64,000 nucleotides of DNA from Minisyncoccia bacterium (GCA_049305795.1 JBAQPM010000002.1:20316-84315); one strand, 5' to 3'; shown: positions 1 to 10,072, numbered from the stretch's first letter. A program made the numbers and translations. The notes: generated by a model not told the origin, from the sequence alone.

Positions 1-17
1 TATCTAATTTTATACAC

Positions 18-482
18 ATGCGTCGTCCACTTAAAAAACAGCGTACCTGGCGTCCAGACCTCAAATACGGGTCTGAAACCCTCACTCGTTTCATCAATGC
101 CGTCATGTGGGACGGAAAGAAAGACACTGCTCGTGCCGTTGTCTACGATGCGATGGAGAAAATAAAGGAGTCAGGAGCCGACCCTCTTGAGACTTTTGAT
201 ACGGCAATCCGCAACGTTTCTCCTCTTATGGAAGTGCGTTCGCGCCGCGTTGGTGGTGCAAACTACCAGGTTCCTCGTGAAGTTCCCCAGCAGCGCCGTC
301 TCGCTCTTGCGTTTCGTTGGCTCATCAATGGTGCTCGCAACAAAAAAGGAAAGCCTATGGCTGAAAAGCTTGCTGACGAACTCCTCCTCGCGGTTAAAAA
401 CGAGGGTGATGCAATCAAAAAGAAGGACGACATGCACCGCATGGCCGAATCCAACAAGGCATTTGCCCATTTCGCTTGGTAA
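18..482 (+). CDS. rpsG: 30S ribosomal protein S7
   Basis: 154 aa; MRRPLKKQRTWRPDLKYGSETLTRFINAVMWDGKK aligns along full length with bacterial S7; ATG start, TAA stop. Confidence 0.9.
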   Translation: MRRPLKKQRTWRPDLKYGSETLTRFINAVMWDGKKDTARAVVYDAMEKIKESGADPLETFDTAIRNVSPLMEVRSRRVGGANYQVPREVPQQRRLALAFRWLINGARNKKGKPMAEKLADELLLAVKNEGDAIKKKDDMHRMAESNKAFAHFAW

Positions 483-580
483 TCTTTGAGCGAAGCGAAA
501 TAAAATTACCTAGCATATGGAGCATGCCCGCATGGGTGCGCCCACTTTCGCTTGGTAATTTCCTGAAGTAAGAAATACTA

Positions 581-606
581 AGACGGCGCCTTGCGAGCGC
601 CGTCTT
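581..606. terminator. Stem-loop AGACGGCGC/GCGCCGTCT, candidate bidirectional terminator between rpsG and the antisense ORF
   Basis: 9-bp perfect stem with 7-nt loop read directly; T-rich flank on minus strand. Confidence 0.45.
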
Positions 607-612
607 GATTGG

Positions 613-861
613 TCAGGCCACCACCAGCTTATAGGTCCCGGGAGTGACGTCCCGAAAACCAAGCTCGGTCAGTATACTAGGGTCAACCTCCTCTCTAGCT
701 GCCCACCGCTGACCTGTTTCGTCGACGATGATAGTGAGCAACTGAGAATCGTTTCCTTTGATGAAACTCATTTCGGCAACCGGATTCCTCAAGTGATCTC
801 CCGTTTTGAGAAAACCGAGGTTGCGGAGCGTTTCCGCGTGTTTACTTTCCTGCATCAACAT
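613..861 (-). CDS. Hypothetical small protein (82 aa) antisense between rpsG and fusA
   Basis: ORF only; no recognisable motif; occupies a spacer that is normally absent in str operons. Confidence 0.3.
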   Translation of the reverse strand: MLMQESKHAETLRNLGFLKTGDHLRNPVAEMSFIKGNDSQLLTIIVDETGQRWAAREEVDPSILTELGFRDVTPGTYKLVVA

Positions 862-978
862 GAAATTCCTCGCTGTGGGGTTACATCTGGCGGCACTGTA
901 GCACTTTAGTTGCTTTTTGCACCTGTTTTCCGTATTGTTACGGTAACGCCCCAGCGGCTTTTATTTTTATATAACCTT

Positions 979-3126
979 ATGAACCGCGACTATCCGCTTG
1001 AACGAGTGCGCAACTTCGGCATCATCGCCCACATCGACGCTGGTAAAACCACAACGTCTGAACGCGTGCTTTTCTACACGGGCTCGCAGCACAAGATCGG
1101 AGAGGTTCACGAAGGAGAAACAACCACTGACTGGATGAAGCAGGAACGCGAGCGCGGCATCACCATTACCGCTGCCGCCATCACCTGTTTCTGGACACAA
1201 TCAACCGAGCCAGATAAAAAGGATGTTTCTAAAAAGACCCGCTTTAACGTTATCGACACCCCAGGACACATCGACTTTACGGTGGAGGTGAAGCGTTCAA
1301 TGCGTGTGCTTGACGGCGCGGTGGTGGTATTTGACGGCGTTGCCGGTGTTGAACCGCAGTCGGAAACAAACTGGCGTTATGCAGACGAGGCAAACGTTCC
1401 ACGCCTTTGTTTCATCAACAAGCTCGATCGAACGGGCGCATCTTTTGAGCGTTCTTACGCCTCAATTCTCGACCGTCTTTCAAAGAAAGCAGTTCGCGTG
1501 CAAATTCCTGTAGGAGAAGAAGCGGCACATGAAGGCGTCGTCGACCTCCTTAAAATGAAGGCATATCGTTTTGAAGGAAATATGGGTGAGGAAGTGATTG
1601 AGGGAGAAATTCCTGCCGAGCTTGTAGAAGACGCAAAGAAATACCGTGCAGAACTCGTTGAGCGCATTGTTGAACACGACGATGCGGCCATGAGTGCATA
1701 CCTTGAGGGAGTCGAGCCTTCTGTTGAAGATTTGAAGAAGATTTTGCGCAAAGCAGTCATTGGAAACAAGATTTTCCCCGTGTTTACTGGTTCTGCTCTT
1801 AAGAACAAAGGCGTGCAGCTCGTTCTTGACGCTGTGGTGGACTATCTCCCATCTCCGCTTGATCTTCCTCCAGTAACGGGCATTAACCCAAAAACAGGCG
1901 AGGCTGTTGAACGACACGCATCCGACGAGGATCCGTTCACTGCTCTTGCTTTCAAGCTCCAAGCCGACCCATTCGTGGGCCAACTCACCTTCTTCCGTGT
2001 TTATTCAGGCACGCTTGAAGCTGGTTCATATCTATACAATTCTTCGACAGGAACCAAAGAGCGTGTGGGCCGCATCGTACGTCTCCAGGCTGACAAGCGC
2101 GAAGAGGTTAAAAAGGTTTTTGCAGGAGAAATTGCTGCTGCCGTAGGTCTTAAAGACACCAAGACTTCACACACTCTTTGCGACGAGAACAATCCAATCA
2201 TTCTCGAAACCATTAAATTCCCTGAGCCAGTGGTTTCGCTTCGTATTGAACCGAAAACCAAGGCCGACCAGGAGAAAATGGGTATGGCGCTCAAAAAACT
2301 TTCAGATGAAGACCCAACCTTCCGCGTCACGAGCGATGAAGAAACAGGGGAGACTATTATTTCCGGCATGGGCGAGCTTCACCTTGAAATCCTCGTCGAC
2401 CGAATGAAGGAAGAATTCAACGTAACGGCGGACGTGGGCAAGCCACAGGTTGCATACCGCGAGACGGTTCTTGGAAATGCAGATGCTGAAGGCAAATACA
2501 TTAAGCAGACGGGAGGTAAGGGTCAGTACGGTCATGTGAAAATTCGCATGAAGCACCTTGAGCCTCTTGAAGAGGGTGCAAAAATTCCGAAGAACGTTAC
2601 CCGTGAAGACCACTTTGAATTCATCAACAACATTAAGGGAGGTGTTATTCCTCAGGAATTCATCGGTCCTGTTGAAAAAGGTCTTCGCGAGGCAATGGAT
2701 CGCGGAACACTCGCTGGATTCCCTATGGTAGATGTTTCCGTCGATCTATATGACGGTTCGTATCACGATGTGGACTCCTCTGAAATCGCCTTTAAAATTG
2801 CAGCTTCTATGGCTTTCCAAGAAGCGGCAAACCGCGCAAAGCCGGTTATCCTTGAGCCAATCATGCGCGTTGAGGTTGTCGTTCCTGAACAGTTCATGGG
2901 TGACATCACGGGCTCGCTTTCCGGCAAGCGCGGCGCTATCGAGGGCATGGAAGAGCGTGGAATGAACAAAGCAATTCATGCCAAGGTGCCACTTTCTGAA
3001 ATGTTTGGGTACACTACGACCCTTCGCTCTATGACTGAAGGTCGTGGCTCTATGACTATGGAATTCGACCGCTACGAAGTCGTGCCTTCAAACGTTGCGC
3101 AGGAAATCATTGCGACGCGGAAATAA
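979..3126 (+). CDS. fusA: Elongation factor G
   Basis: ATG at 979 (the ORF-track start at 910 is TTG). [27 protein letters not shown]-binding motif, DTPGHIDF, full-length EF-G domains. Confidence 0.95.
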   Translation: MNRDYPLERVRNFGIIAHIDAGKTTTSERVLFYTGSQHKIGEVHEGETTTDWMKQERERGITITAAAITCFWTQSTEPDKKDVSKKTRFNVIDTPGHIDFTVEVKRSMRVLDGAVVVFDGVAGVEPQSETNWRYADEANVPRLCFINKLDRTGASFERSYASILDRLSKKAVRVQIPVGEEAAHEGVVDLLKMKAYRFEGNMGEEVIEGEIPAELVEDAKKYRAELVERIVEHDDAAMSAYLEGVEPSVEDLKKILRKAVIGNKIFPVFTGSALKNKGVQLVLDAVVDYLPSPLDLPPVTGINPKTGEAVERHASDEDPFTALAFKLQADPFVGQLTFFRVYSGTLEAGSYLYNSSTGTKERVGRIVRLQADKREEVKKVFAGEIAAAVGLKDTKTSHTLCDENNPIILETIKFPEPVVSLRIEPKTKADQEKMGMALKKLSDEDPTFRVTSDEETGETIISGMGELHLEILVDRMKEEFNVTADVGKPQVAYRETVLGNADAEGKYIKQTGGKGQYGHVKIRMKHLEPLEEGAKIPKNVTREDHFEFINNIKGGVIPQEFIGPVEKGLREAMDRGTLAGFPMVDVSVDLYDGSYHDVDSSEIAFKIAASMAFQEAANRAKPVILEPIMRVEVVVPEQFMGDITGSLSGKRGAIEGMEERGMNKAIHAKVPLSEMFGYTTTLRSMTEGRGSMTMEFDRYEVVPSNVAQEIIATRK

Positions 3127-3152
3127 ATAAAGCCTATTATGGGGAATAAATA

Positions 3153-3190
3153 GCACGCCGCCCGGGGGCGGCGTGCTATGTTTATTTGAG
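3153..3190 (+). terminator. Rho-independent terminator after fusA
   Basis: GCACGCCGCCC-GGG-GGCGGCGTGC hairpin followed by ATGTTTATTTG. Confidence 0.6.
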
Positions 3191-3214
3191 TCCAGATCTA
3201 CCGGAGAGAAAGAG

Positions 3215-3394
3215 ATGCCACAGGTTGAACAACAAAAATCTCCCTTTATTGTTGGGTATTTCACCCAACAATACGGAAAGGGTAACCGCCCTGAAACTTC
3301 CGAACCGCAGTCCTCGCTTCCGAGCATCCAACCGGATGTTTCAATGGAGGTTCAGACCGGATTTGTAGTCGCCCTCAAAAACCGTTCGGAATAA
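3215..3394 (+). CDS. Hypothetical small protein (59 aa) in the fusA-tuf spacer
   Basis: ATG preceded by GGAGAGAAAGAG Shine-Dalgarno-like sequence; flanked by two strong hairpins; no homology recognised. Confidence 0.3.
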   Translation: MPQVEQQKSPFIVGYFTQQYGKGNRPETSEPQSSLPSIQPDVSMEVQTGFVVALKNRSE

Positions 3395-3401
3395 CGAGAA
3401 G

Positions 3402-3436
3402 ACCGCCGGCTACTTAGTGGCCGGCGGTGTATCTTT
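3402..3436 (+). terminator. Hairpin ACCGCCGGC/GCCGGCGGT, candidate terminator or attenuator upstream of tuf
   Basis: 9-bp perfect stem with 9-nt loop read directly. Confidence 0.4.
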
Positions 3437-3604
3437 ACCACCCCTAACATCTTGCGTATTCACCAGGGGTCCTATATATTGACCCTAACGCAGTACCGCG
3501 CGTGTTCTTTGTCGTCGCCGCGGTTGCGGGCACGTGCATTTATTAAGATCGGCCCTCTGCCAAAGGTGGGGGAACCAGCCGGTAACCTTACTAATTCTTT
3601 TACT

Positions 3605-4804
3605 ATGGCAGAATTTGATCGCAGCAAGCCGCACATGAACGTAGGCACCATCGGCCACGTTGACCACGGCAAGACGACCCTCACCGCAGGTATCCTCAAT
3701 GTTCTTAACCTCAACTCTGACAAGGGCTACAAAGCTCGTGTCGAAAAGGTTGAAAACATCGACAACGCACCTGAAGAAAAGGCTCGTGGAATTACTATCG
3801 CGCTCCACCACTCAGAGTACGAGACTCCAAATCGTCACTACGCGCACATTGACGCTCCAGGACACGCTGACTACATCAAGAACATGATCACCGGTGCCGC
3901 CCAAATGGACGGTGCAGTTCTCGTAGTTGCTGCAACTGACGGCGTGATGCCTCAGACTCGTGAGCACATCCTTCTTGCAAAGCAGGTAGGTCTTAAAAAG
4001 CTCATCGTTTTCCTAAACAAGGTAGACATGGTCGCAGAAGCTGACCTTATCGACCTCGTGGAAGAGGAAATTCGCGAACTTCTCACCAAGCAGGGATACG
4101 ACGGCGCAAATACGCCAATTATCCGCGGTTCAGGTCTCAAGGCTCTTGAAGCAACTGCTGCAGATAATGAGTTTGCCCTTAAGGTGAAAGAGCTTGTCGA
4201 CACTATGGATACGTACTTTGACGCTCCAGAGCGTGAGACCAGCAAGCCATTCCTTATGCCTATCGAAGACATCTTCTCAATTGAAGGTCGCGGCACCGTG
4301 GTTACGGGTCGTATCGAGCGCGGCATCGTAAAGGTTGGCGAGGAAGTCGAAATCGTGGGTATGCACCCAACGGCAAAGACAACCGTTACTGGTATCGAGA
4401 TGTTTAACAAGCAGCTCACAGAGGGTATGGCGGGCGACAACGCCGGCATCCTCCTTCGCGGCACCAAGAAAGAAGACGTACATCGCGGTCAGGTGCTCGC
4501 AAAGACTGGATCCGTTACTCCGCACACGGATTTCGAAGCCGAGGTATACATCCTTGGTAAGGACGAAGGTGGACGCCACACACCATTCTTCTCTGGCTAC
4601 AAGCCTCAGTTCTACATCGGTACTACCGACGTAACTGGCGAAGTAACCCTCGCGGAAGGAAAGGAAATGGTTATGCCAGGCGACACGGTTACTTTCAAAG
4701 TAAAACTTGTTTCCCCAATCGCCCTTGAAGATCAGCGTCGCTTCGCTATTCGCGAAGGTGGCAAGACTGTAGGTGCCGGTGTGGTAACAAAGATCGTCGC
4801 ATAA
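3605..4804 (+). CDS. tuf: Elongation factor Tu
   Basis: ATG at 3605 gives [28 protein letters not shown]; about 400 aa, canonical EF-Tu; upstream part of the listed ORF is non-coding extension. Confidence 0.95.
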   Translation: MAEFDRSKPHMNVGTIGHVDHGKTTLTAGILNVLNLNSDKGYKARVEKVENIDNAPEEKARGITIALHHSEYETPNRHYAHIDAPGHADYIKNMITGAAQMDGAVLVVAATDGVMPQTREHILLAKQVGLKKLIVFLNKVDMVAEADLIDLVEEEIRELLTKQGYDGANTPIIRGSGLKALEATAADNEFALKVKELVDTMDTYFDAPERETSKPFLMPIEDIFSIEGRGTVVTGRIERGIVKVGEEVEIVGMHPTAKTTVTGIEMFNKQLTEGMAGDNAGILLRGTKKEDVHRGQVLAKTGSVTPHTDFEAEVYILGKDEGGRHTPFFSGYKPQFYIGTTDVTGEVTLAEGKEMVMPGDTVTFKVKLVSPIALEDQRRFAIREGGKTVGAGVVTKIVA

Positions 4805-4822
4805 CACTGATCCTAAACTCGT

Positions 4823-5188
4823 ATGGCAACTGCAAAAGCAATAAAGACTCCAAAGAAAGCCGCGGCAACTGCGATTCCCGCAGAACCAAAGCTTCGTATC
4901 CGAGTCCGTGCCTACGAGCACAAGATTCTTGATCTTTCGGTTAAGCAAATCATGGACACTGCCGCTCGCTTTGATGCGAAAACGGTGGGTCCTGTGCCGC
5001 TTCCAACCGAAATCAAGCGTTGGACCGTAAACCGCTCGACATTCGTCCACAAAGACGCACGCGAGCAGTTTGAGATGCGTATTCACAAGCGTCTCATCGA
5101 TATCCTCTCGCCTTCAGGCAAGGTTGTTGAGGCTTTAACGAATTTAAACCTACCTTCAGGCGTCACTATCGACGTAAAGATGGTGTAA
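4823..5188 (+). CDS. rpsJ: 30S ribosomal protein S10 with N-terminal extension
   Basis: IRVRAYEHKILDLSVKQIMDTA...KDAREQFEMRIHKRLIDI matches S10. Confidence 0.9.
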   Translation: MATAKAIKTPKKAAATAIPAEPKLRIRVRAYEHKILDLSVKQIMDTAARFDAKTVGPVPLPTEIKRWTVNRSTFVHKDAREQFEMRIHKRLIDILSPSGKVVEALTNLNLPSGVTIDVKMV

Positions 5189-5226
5189 AGCGCTTCCAAA
5201 AAAACCTCTCGAACACTGGAGATTTG

Positions 5227-5253
5227 AAAAACTGCCCGAAAGGGCAGTTTTTC
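5227..5253 (+). terminator. Hairpin CTGCCC-GAAA-GGGCAG plus T5 between rpsJ and rplC (terminator or attenuator)
   Basis: Read directly; unusual position inside the S10 operon. Confidence 0.45.
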
Positions 5254-5392
5254 GTTATGTATTTGCATCTTTTGGAGTGCCCGTGTATAGTGCCCGAGTC
5301 GCTACGTACGTCCTTATGGGACGGACCAATGGCCGGAAGGTTTCCTTTTTAGGGAATCCAACGCGCCGTTTACGGCGCGATTTCTTTTTTTC

Positions 5393-6013
5393 ATGAAATT
5401 CATTCTCGCAAGAAAGCAGCGCATGACTCAAATCTTCACCGATGAGGGTCGTGCTATTGCCGGCACCGTCCTTTCGGCCGGTCCTTTGACTGTTACCCAG
5501 GTAAAGACAAAGGATTCAAAGGATGCCTATCAGGCAATCCAGGTTGGATACGGTGATCGCAAGCTTTCTCGCATCTCCAAAGCGGTTTTGGGACATACAA
5601 AGGGCAAGGGTTTTAAGGCAATCAAAGAATTTCGAGTTGATGACCTTGGTGATTTTGCTGTAGGTTCCGAAATCAAGGTCGATATTTTCTCTGCAGGGGA
5701 CGAAGTTCAGGTTTCTGGGCTCACCAAAGGTCATGGCTTTACAGGTGTTGTGAAGCGCCATGGTTTCCATGGAGGCCCTCGTTCTCACGGTCAGAAGCAC
5801 ACGGAGCGCTCACCAGGTTCTATTGGTGGAAGCGGAGGTCGTGCCGGAGGCCGCGTGGCAAAGGGTATTCGCATGGCCGGTCGTTCGGGTATGGAACGCG
5901 TCACTATCAAGGGTCTCAAGATTCTTGCGGTTGATCCAGCAACAAACGAAATCATCGTTTCAGGCGCCGTTCCTGGAGCTCCGGGCACACTTCTTGAAGT
6001 CGTCTCCAAATAA
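5393..6013 (+). CDS. rplC: 50S ribosomal protein L3
   Basis: MKFILARKQRMTQIFTDEGRAIAGTVL... typical L3. Confidence 0.9.
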   Translation: MKFILARKQRMTQIFTDEGRAIAGTVLSAGPLTVTQVKTKDSKDAYQAIQVGYGDRKLSRISKAVLGHTKGKGFKAIKEFRVDDLGDFAVGSEIKVDIFSAGDEVQVSGLTKGHGFTGVVKRHGFHGGPRSHGQKHTERSPGSIGGSGGRAGGRVAKGIRMAGRSGMERVTIKGLKILAVDPATNEIIVSGAVPGAPGTLLEVVSK

Positions 6014-6021
6014 ATTTTCGT

Positions 6022-6768
6022 ATGGCAACAAAAACAACTACAAAAACAAAGAAGGAGGCTCCCGCAAAGCGCGTTCGCGCTGCCAAGGCTGCATCTGTAG
6101 AAAAGACACTCCCTATTTTCTCCATGGATGGCGCACAAAAGGGAACCATCGCTCTTCCTGCAAATCTTTTTGATGTGCAATGGAATGCCGACCTCGTGCA
6201 TCAGGTTGTCGTTGGTATGCAGGCAAATGCTCGCCCTATTACAGCGCACACCAAAAACCGTGGGGAAGTTCGCGGTGGAGGCAAGAAGCCTTGGAAACAG
6301 AAAGGCACTGGTCGCGCCCGTCATGGTTCAAGCCGCTCTCCAATCTGGAAGGGTGGAGGTGTCACGCATGGTCCACGCGCCGAGCGCATTTTTGCAGTGA
6401 AAATAAACAAGAAAATGCGTCTTGCTGCACTCCTTTCAGTGCTCACGCGCAAGGCAAAAGATGGGGAAATAATCTTTATTGAAAAGATGGTCTTTTCTGC
6501 GCCAAAAACAAAGGATGCGAAAAATGCTCTTGTTGCCATTGCAAAGGCAGCTGATGCAAAGGCATTGGTCGCAAAGAAAAAGAACGCAGCACTCTTTGCT
6601 TTTTCTGAATCAAGCGAGGCAACAAAGAAAAGCTTCCGCAATATCGGAAACGTTGATCTTGAAGAAGTTCGAAACCTCAACCCGGTCGACCTTATGACGC
6701 ATCGTTACCTCGTTATAGAAGACCCGGCGAAAGCTTTCGAAACGCTTTCTGCCCGTATCGGTAAATAA
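6022..6768 (+). CDS. rplD: 50S ribosomal protein L4 with N-terminal extension
   Basis: GGGKKPWKQKGTGRARHGSSRSPIWKGGGVTHGP motif of L4. Confidence 0.9.
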   Translation: MATKTTTKTKKEAPAKRVRAAKAASVEKTLPIFSMDGAQKGTIALPANLFDVQWNADLVHQVVVGMQANARPITAHTKNRGEVRGGGKKPWKQKGTGRARHGSSRSPIWKGGGVTHGPRAERIFAVKINKKMRLAALLSVLTRKAKDGEIIFIEKMVFSAPKTKDAKNALVAIAKAADAKALVAKKKNAALFAFSESSEATKKSFRNIGNVDLEEVRNLNPVDLMTHRYLVIEDPAKAFETLSARIGK

Positions 6769-6775
6769 ATTTTTT

Positions 6776-7135
6776 ATGGCACTTTTCGGCGACAAAAAAA
6801 CAAAGAAGAAGGAACCAGCTAAGCGCGAAGTGCGTGTGGTAAAAGATGTGCGTGGAAAACTCGCACAGGCTCTCGTTGCACCGTGGCTTTCTGAAAAGGC
6901 TCTTATTGCAACTGAAAAGGGTATATACACTTTCCAGGTGTCTCCCGAGGCGACCAAGGAAGACATTTCTCTTGCCGTCCAGAAACTCTACAAGGTTGCA
7001 CCACGCCAAATTCGCATCGTGAACCTTCCCGCAAAGAAAGTTAACCTTCGTACTCGTCGCGGATTTGGAACCAAGAGCATACGTCGCAAGGCCTATGTCT
7101 ATCTTGCGAAAGGCGAGACCATTCAATTCGCATAG
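6776..7135 (+). CDS. rplW: 50S ribosomal protein L23
   Basis: KALIATEKGIYTFQVSPEATKEDISLAVQKLYKV typical L23. Confidence 0.9.
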   Translation: MALFGDKKTKKKEPAKREVRVVKDVRGKLAQALVAPWLSEKALIATEKGIYTFQVSPEATKEDISLAVQKLYKVAPRQIRIVNLPAKKVNLRTRRGFGTKSIRRKAYVYLAKGETIQFA

Positions 7136-7145
7136 CTAATTTATT

Positions 7146-7994
7146 ATGAAAACGTACCGCCCAACTTCAAAGAGTCGCCGCCACATGACCACGCTTCCGT
7201 ACCGGGAGCTCCTTTCTGGTGATCGCCCAATGAAGCAGCTCATGAAGGGTAAGAAGAATCAGGGTGGCCGCAACGGTTTCGGTCGCATCACCACTCGTCA
7301 CCAGGGTGGAGGCCACAAGCAAAAGCTCCGTGATGTTGATTTTGCGTACAATAAAAAAGGCATTCCTGCCAAAGTTGAAACGATTGAATACGATCCGTTC
7401 CGTTCTGCATTCATTGCGCGCGCACTCTATGCCGATGGTGCTCGTCGCTATGTTGTTGCGCCGAAGGACATGAAGGTCGGCGACACTTTCCTTGTTGCCG
7501 AAGATGCGCCTATTAAAAGCGGTAACCGTGTGCCACTTGGGAAAATCCCTGTCGGTACCTTTATCTACGGCATTGAACTTAAACCAGGCGCAGGTGCTAT
7601 TCTCGCGCGTTCCGCAGGAAACTATGCTGAAGTAGTCGCCCACGATGCCGGATATGCCCAGGTAAAACTTCCTTCCACTGAAATCAGAAAGGTTTCAGAC
7701 CTTTGTTGGGCAAGCATCGGAGCAGTAGGAAACGAAGAATACAACCTCGTAAACATCGGTAAAGCTGGCCGTTCTCGTTGGCTCGGTATTCGCCCAACGG
7801 TTCGTGGTACGGTTATGAACCCTGTTGATCACCCACACGGAGGTGGTGAAGGTAAACAAGGTCGCGGACTTCGCCGCGCCAAGACCAAATGGGGCAAGCC
7901 TTCAGGCAAGGGTCAAAAGACACGCACGCCAAAGAAATACTCAAACGTTTTCATTGTCTCGCGCCGTCGCGTTGGCAAGAAAAAGAAAGGTTAA
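7146..7994 (+). CDS. rplB: 50S ribosomal protein L2
   Basis: GRNGFGRITTRHQGGGHKQKLR...HPHGGGEGK motifs of L2. Confidence 0.95.
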   Translation: MKTYRPTSKSRRHMTTLPYRELLSGDRPMKQLMKGKKNQGGRNGFGRITTRHQGGGHKQKLRDVDFAYNKKGIPAKVETIEYDPFRSAFIARALYADGARRYVVAPKDMKVGDTFLVAEDAPIKSGNRVPLGKIPVGTFIYGIELKPGAGAILARSAGNYAEVVAHDAGYAQVKLPSTEIRKVSDLCWASIGAVGNEEYNLVNIGKAGRSRWLGIRPTVRGTVMNPVDHPHGGGEGKQGRGLRRAKTKWGKPSGKGQKTRTPKKYSNVFIVSRRRVGKKKKG

Positions 7995-8000
7995 TTTTCG

Positions 8001-8037
8001 AAAAAAACAGCGCCGCATATGCGGCGCTGTTTTTATT
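8001..8037 (+). terminator. Rho-independent terminator after rplB
   Basis: CAGCGCCGCATATGCGGCGCTG hairpin plus TTTTTATT. Confidence 0.6.
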
Positions 8038-8097
8038 CCACTTCATTAAAAGAATGGGCCGTCCGATATCTACCGGACGGCCCATGCACTCTTTGTG

Positions 8098-9063
8098 TTA
8101 CAAACGGATCTCCATCACTTCTTCCTGAAAGGCTTTAAGCGTGTAGCCGGTCAGACGCTCGAAGATAATGTGATACCGTGCTGCTGTTTCCCTGATGAGT
8201 TCAACTGGCACGATTTGTGCGCGCACCCAAGCATGGTCTTCGGCATTGCGCGGGTCGCGTTTGTTAATTCCAAGGCGTATTCCCCAATCACGAACGACTT
8301 GTTTGTCAAATGATGTGGGCGAACGTTTCTCGTGGTGCGCAGCCTCCCAGTCATCCTTGTCCCAAAACCGACTTGAATCTGGTGTGAGACGTTCGTCAGC
8401 CAAGAACAATGATCCATCTCGACTGCCAAGTTCGAATTTCGTATCGGCGATAATGATGCCGCGTTCGTTAGCATAACGCGTTGATCGATCGAAGATCTGA
8501 AGAACGAAGGTCTCGACATAACTTCCATACCTTTCGCGCACGGAATTAATATCGATATGCTCGTCGTGTCCCTCTGTTGCCTTAGTCGTCGGAGTGAAGA
8601 TGGGGCGTGGCAGTTGGGATGCCTCTCCCAGTCCTTTCGGAAGTCTGTGTCCGCACACAACGCCAGTTTCCCGGTAGGCTTTGAGACCGGTGCCCGTCAG
8701 ATAGCCACGAACAATGGCTTCAATCGGATACATATCCAGATTCGTGACAATGGTTGCCTGTTTTTGAAGAATGGGATTTCCCCGCAAACTTTCTGGCACA
8801 TATTCGTCGATGTGCGCACCAAAACCAATGATGTCTTGGCGGTAGTCATCGAACATTCTTGCCCAAAACACATTCATGGCAGTAAGGATTTCTCCTTTAC
8901 CAGGAACATGCGCATCCAACACAAAGTCGAAAATGCTGATGCGGTCGGTTGCAACAACAAGCCGCATAGCATTTTGGCCCGGCACTTCGTAGGTATTACG
9001 CACCTTGCCCTGGTGACAGAGCTTGAGTGCCGAAACCTGATTCGGAATCGCATCCATAGTCAT
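8098..9063 (-). CDS. purC: Phosphoribosylaminoimidazole-succinocarboxamide synthase (SAICAR synthase, long form)
   Basis: GKVRNTYEV...LVVATDRISIFDFVLD...IIADTKFELG motifs; 321 aa. Confidence 0.85.
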   Translation of the reverse strand: MTMDAIPNQVSALKLCHQGKVRNTYEVPGQNAMRLVVATDRISIFDFVLDAHVPGKGEILTAMNVFWARMFDDYRQDIIGFGAHIDEYVPESLRGNPILQKQATIVTNLDMYPIEAIVRGYLTGTGLKAYRETGVVCGHRLPKGLGEASQLPRPIFTPTTKATEGHDEHIDINSVRERYGSYVETFVLQIFDRSTRYANERGIIIADTKFELGSRDGSLFLADERLTPDSSRFWDKDDWEAAHHEKRSPTSFDKQVVRDWGIRLGINKRDPRNAEDHAWVRAQIVPVELIRETAARYHIIFERLTGYTLKAFQEEVMEIRL

Positions 9064-9155
9064 TCTCCCCCGAGCCTCTGCTCGTTTGATGGTTGCATTT
9101 ACAACAGTACAGTCTGGTGGGCACTCTACGTCCTAAGCCAGGAAAAGGAAAGAAT

Positions 9156-9959
9156 CTAGCGGTAGGTCGTCTCTAAAATATTTTTGAGTTCTGCAAGTGG
9201 AACAGGAAGCGTCACGATGCCGAGAACATAGGGGCCGACTTGATAGGGAGGGAAGAGAATAACCAGGTTCGATCCTTCAAAATAGAAATTTTGAAAATTA
9301 TCCTCGTTTGGTGTTGTTCCGTCGCCTATATATTCAGTATCAACGTCAGATACAGGGATATTTTGCGCTGTCGAAATGATCTTTGGGAGCTTTGCTCGCG
9401 CTACGGTGCTTAGTGTTTCAAGATAATTTGCTCCTGGAGTAAACAAGTCAGCCAAAATGAGGGATTCTCCAGTCTTGGTGTCGAAGGTGAAGGTTCTAAA
9501 AAAGGTATTGGGATGAGCACCAAGTGTGTCTTGAAATATTTTAAATACATATGAAATAGTGCGCGTCGACGCGTGTGTATCGTAGACAATTTGGAGATCT
9601 GCCTTGAGTCCAGCGTTTCTCATTCTTTCTTTTTCAGCATCGCCAAATTGTTCCACGCTTTCTTTGAAGGCGGTGGAAGTATTCTCCTCAAATATTTTCA
9701 TACTTTCTATAGCCTTACTGTCAGATTGAGCTCCGACAGATGCCTTAAGGGGTGTTTCCCCTGGGTATTCACGTGTGACTTCATACAATTCCGTGCTCTC
9801 ACTCACTTTTCGAGGTCCTACTACCTGAGGGAGCGTTTCTGAGGGTTTTTCTCCCGTTTCCGCTTCGGGTGCCGGACGGGTTGTTATATACCAGACCAGA
9901 CCACCTGCAATGAGCGCAAAAAGGACAAGAAGAGCGAGGTATTTTCGGGGAAAGGGCAT
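9156..9959 (-). CDS. Membrane-anchored secreted protein, DUF3298/DUF4163-like (RsiV/PdaC-type domain)
   Basis: N-terminal TM helix LALLVLFALIAGGLVWYI; C-terminal YQVGPYVLGIVTLPVPLAEL resembles the DUF3298 fold; weak. Confidence 0.45.
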   Translation of the reverse strand: MPFPRKYLALLVLFALIAGGLVWYITTRPAPEAETGEKPSETLPQVVGPRKVSESTELYEVTREYPGETPLKASVGAQSDSKAIESMKIFEENTSTAFKESVEQFGDAEKERMRNAGLKADLQIVYDTHASTRTISYVFKIFQDTLGAHPNTFFRTFTFDTKTGESLILADLFTPGANYLETLSTVARAKLPKIISTAQNIPVSDVDTEYIGDGTTPNEDNFQNFYFEGSNLVILFPPYQVGPYVLGIVTLPVPLAELKNILETTYR

Positions 9960-10008
9960 AGGGGCAACTATAGCATCGGTATATTAAAAAGTGCTGAAGG
10001 TTAATAAT

Positions 10009-10037
10009 TTGACGGTTCCCCTGGCTTCCTGTATCTT
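10009..10037 (+). promoter_or_regulatory. Candidate sigma70-like promoter for the rpsS-rplO block (TTGACG-17-TATCTT), followed by CCCGCG-CTT-CGCGGG leader hairpin
   Basis: Hexamers and spacing read directly; needed because the rplB terminator and antisense insertion cut the operon. Confidence 0.35.
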
Positions 10038-10072
10038 GCTTCTATCCCGCGCTTCGCGGGCTTTACCTACTC

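Noticed and set aside
910-978. Upstream extension of fusA (ORF-track start 910) and of tuf (3452)
   Set aside because: Both begin at non-ATG codons upstream of the conserved N-termini; the ATGs at 979 and 3605 reproduce canonical EF-G and EF-Tu N-terminal sequences.
1480-1983. 167-aa minus-strand ORF
   Set aside because: Antisense within fusA; rejected for the same reason.
4277-5086. 269-aa ORF on the minus strand
   Set aside because: Lies entirely antisense to the highly conserved tuf and rpsJ coding sequences; the long antisense ORF is most likely a frame artefact of the sense-strand composition and has no recognisable motif.
5791-6324. 177-aa minus-strand ORF
   Set aside because: Antisense to rplC/rplD; no RBS or motif.
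8151-9159. ORFs of 169, 93 and 200 aa overlapping purC
   Set aside because: All are antisense or alternative frames to the motif-supported purC reading frame.
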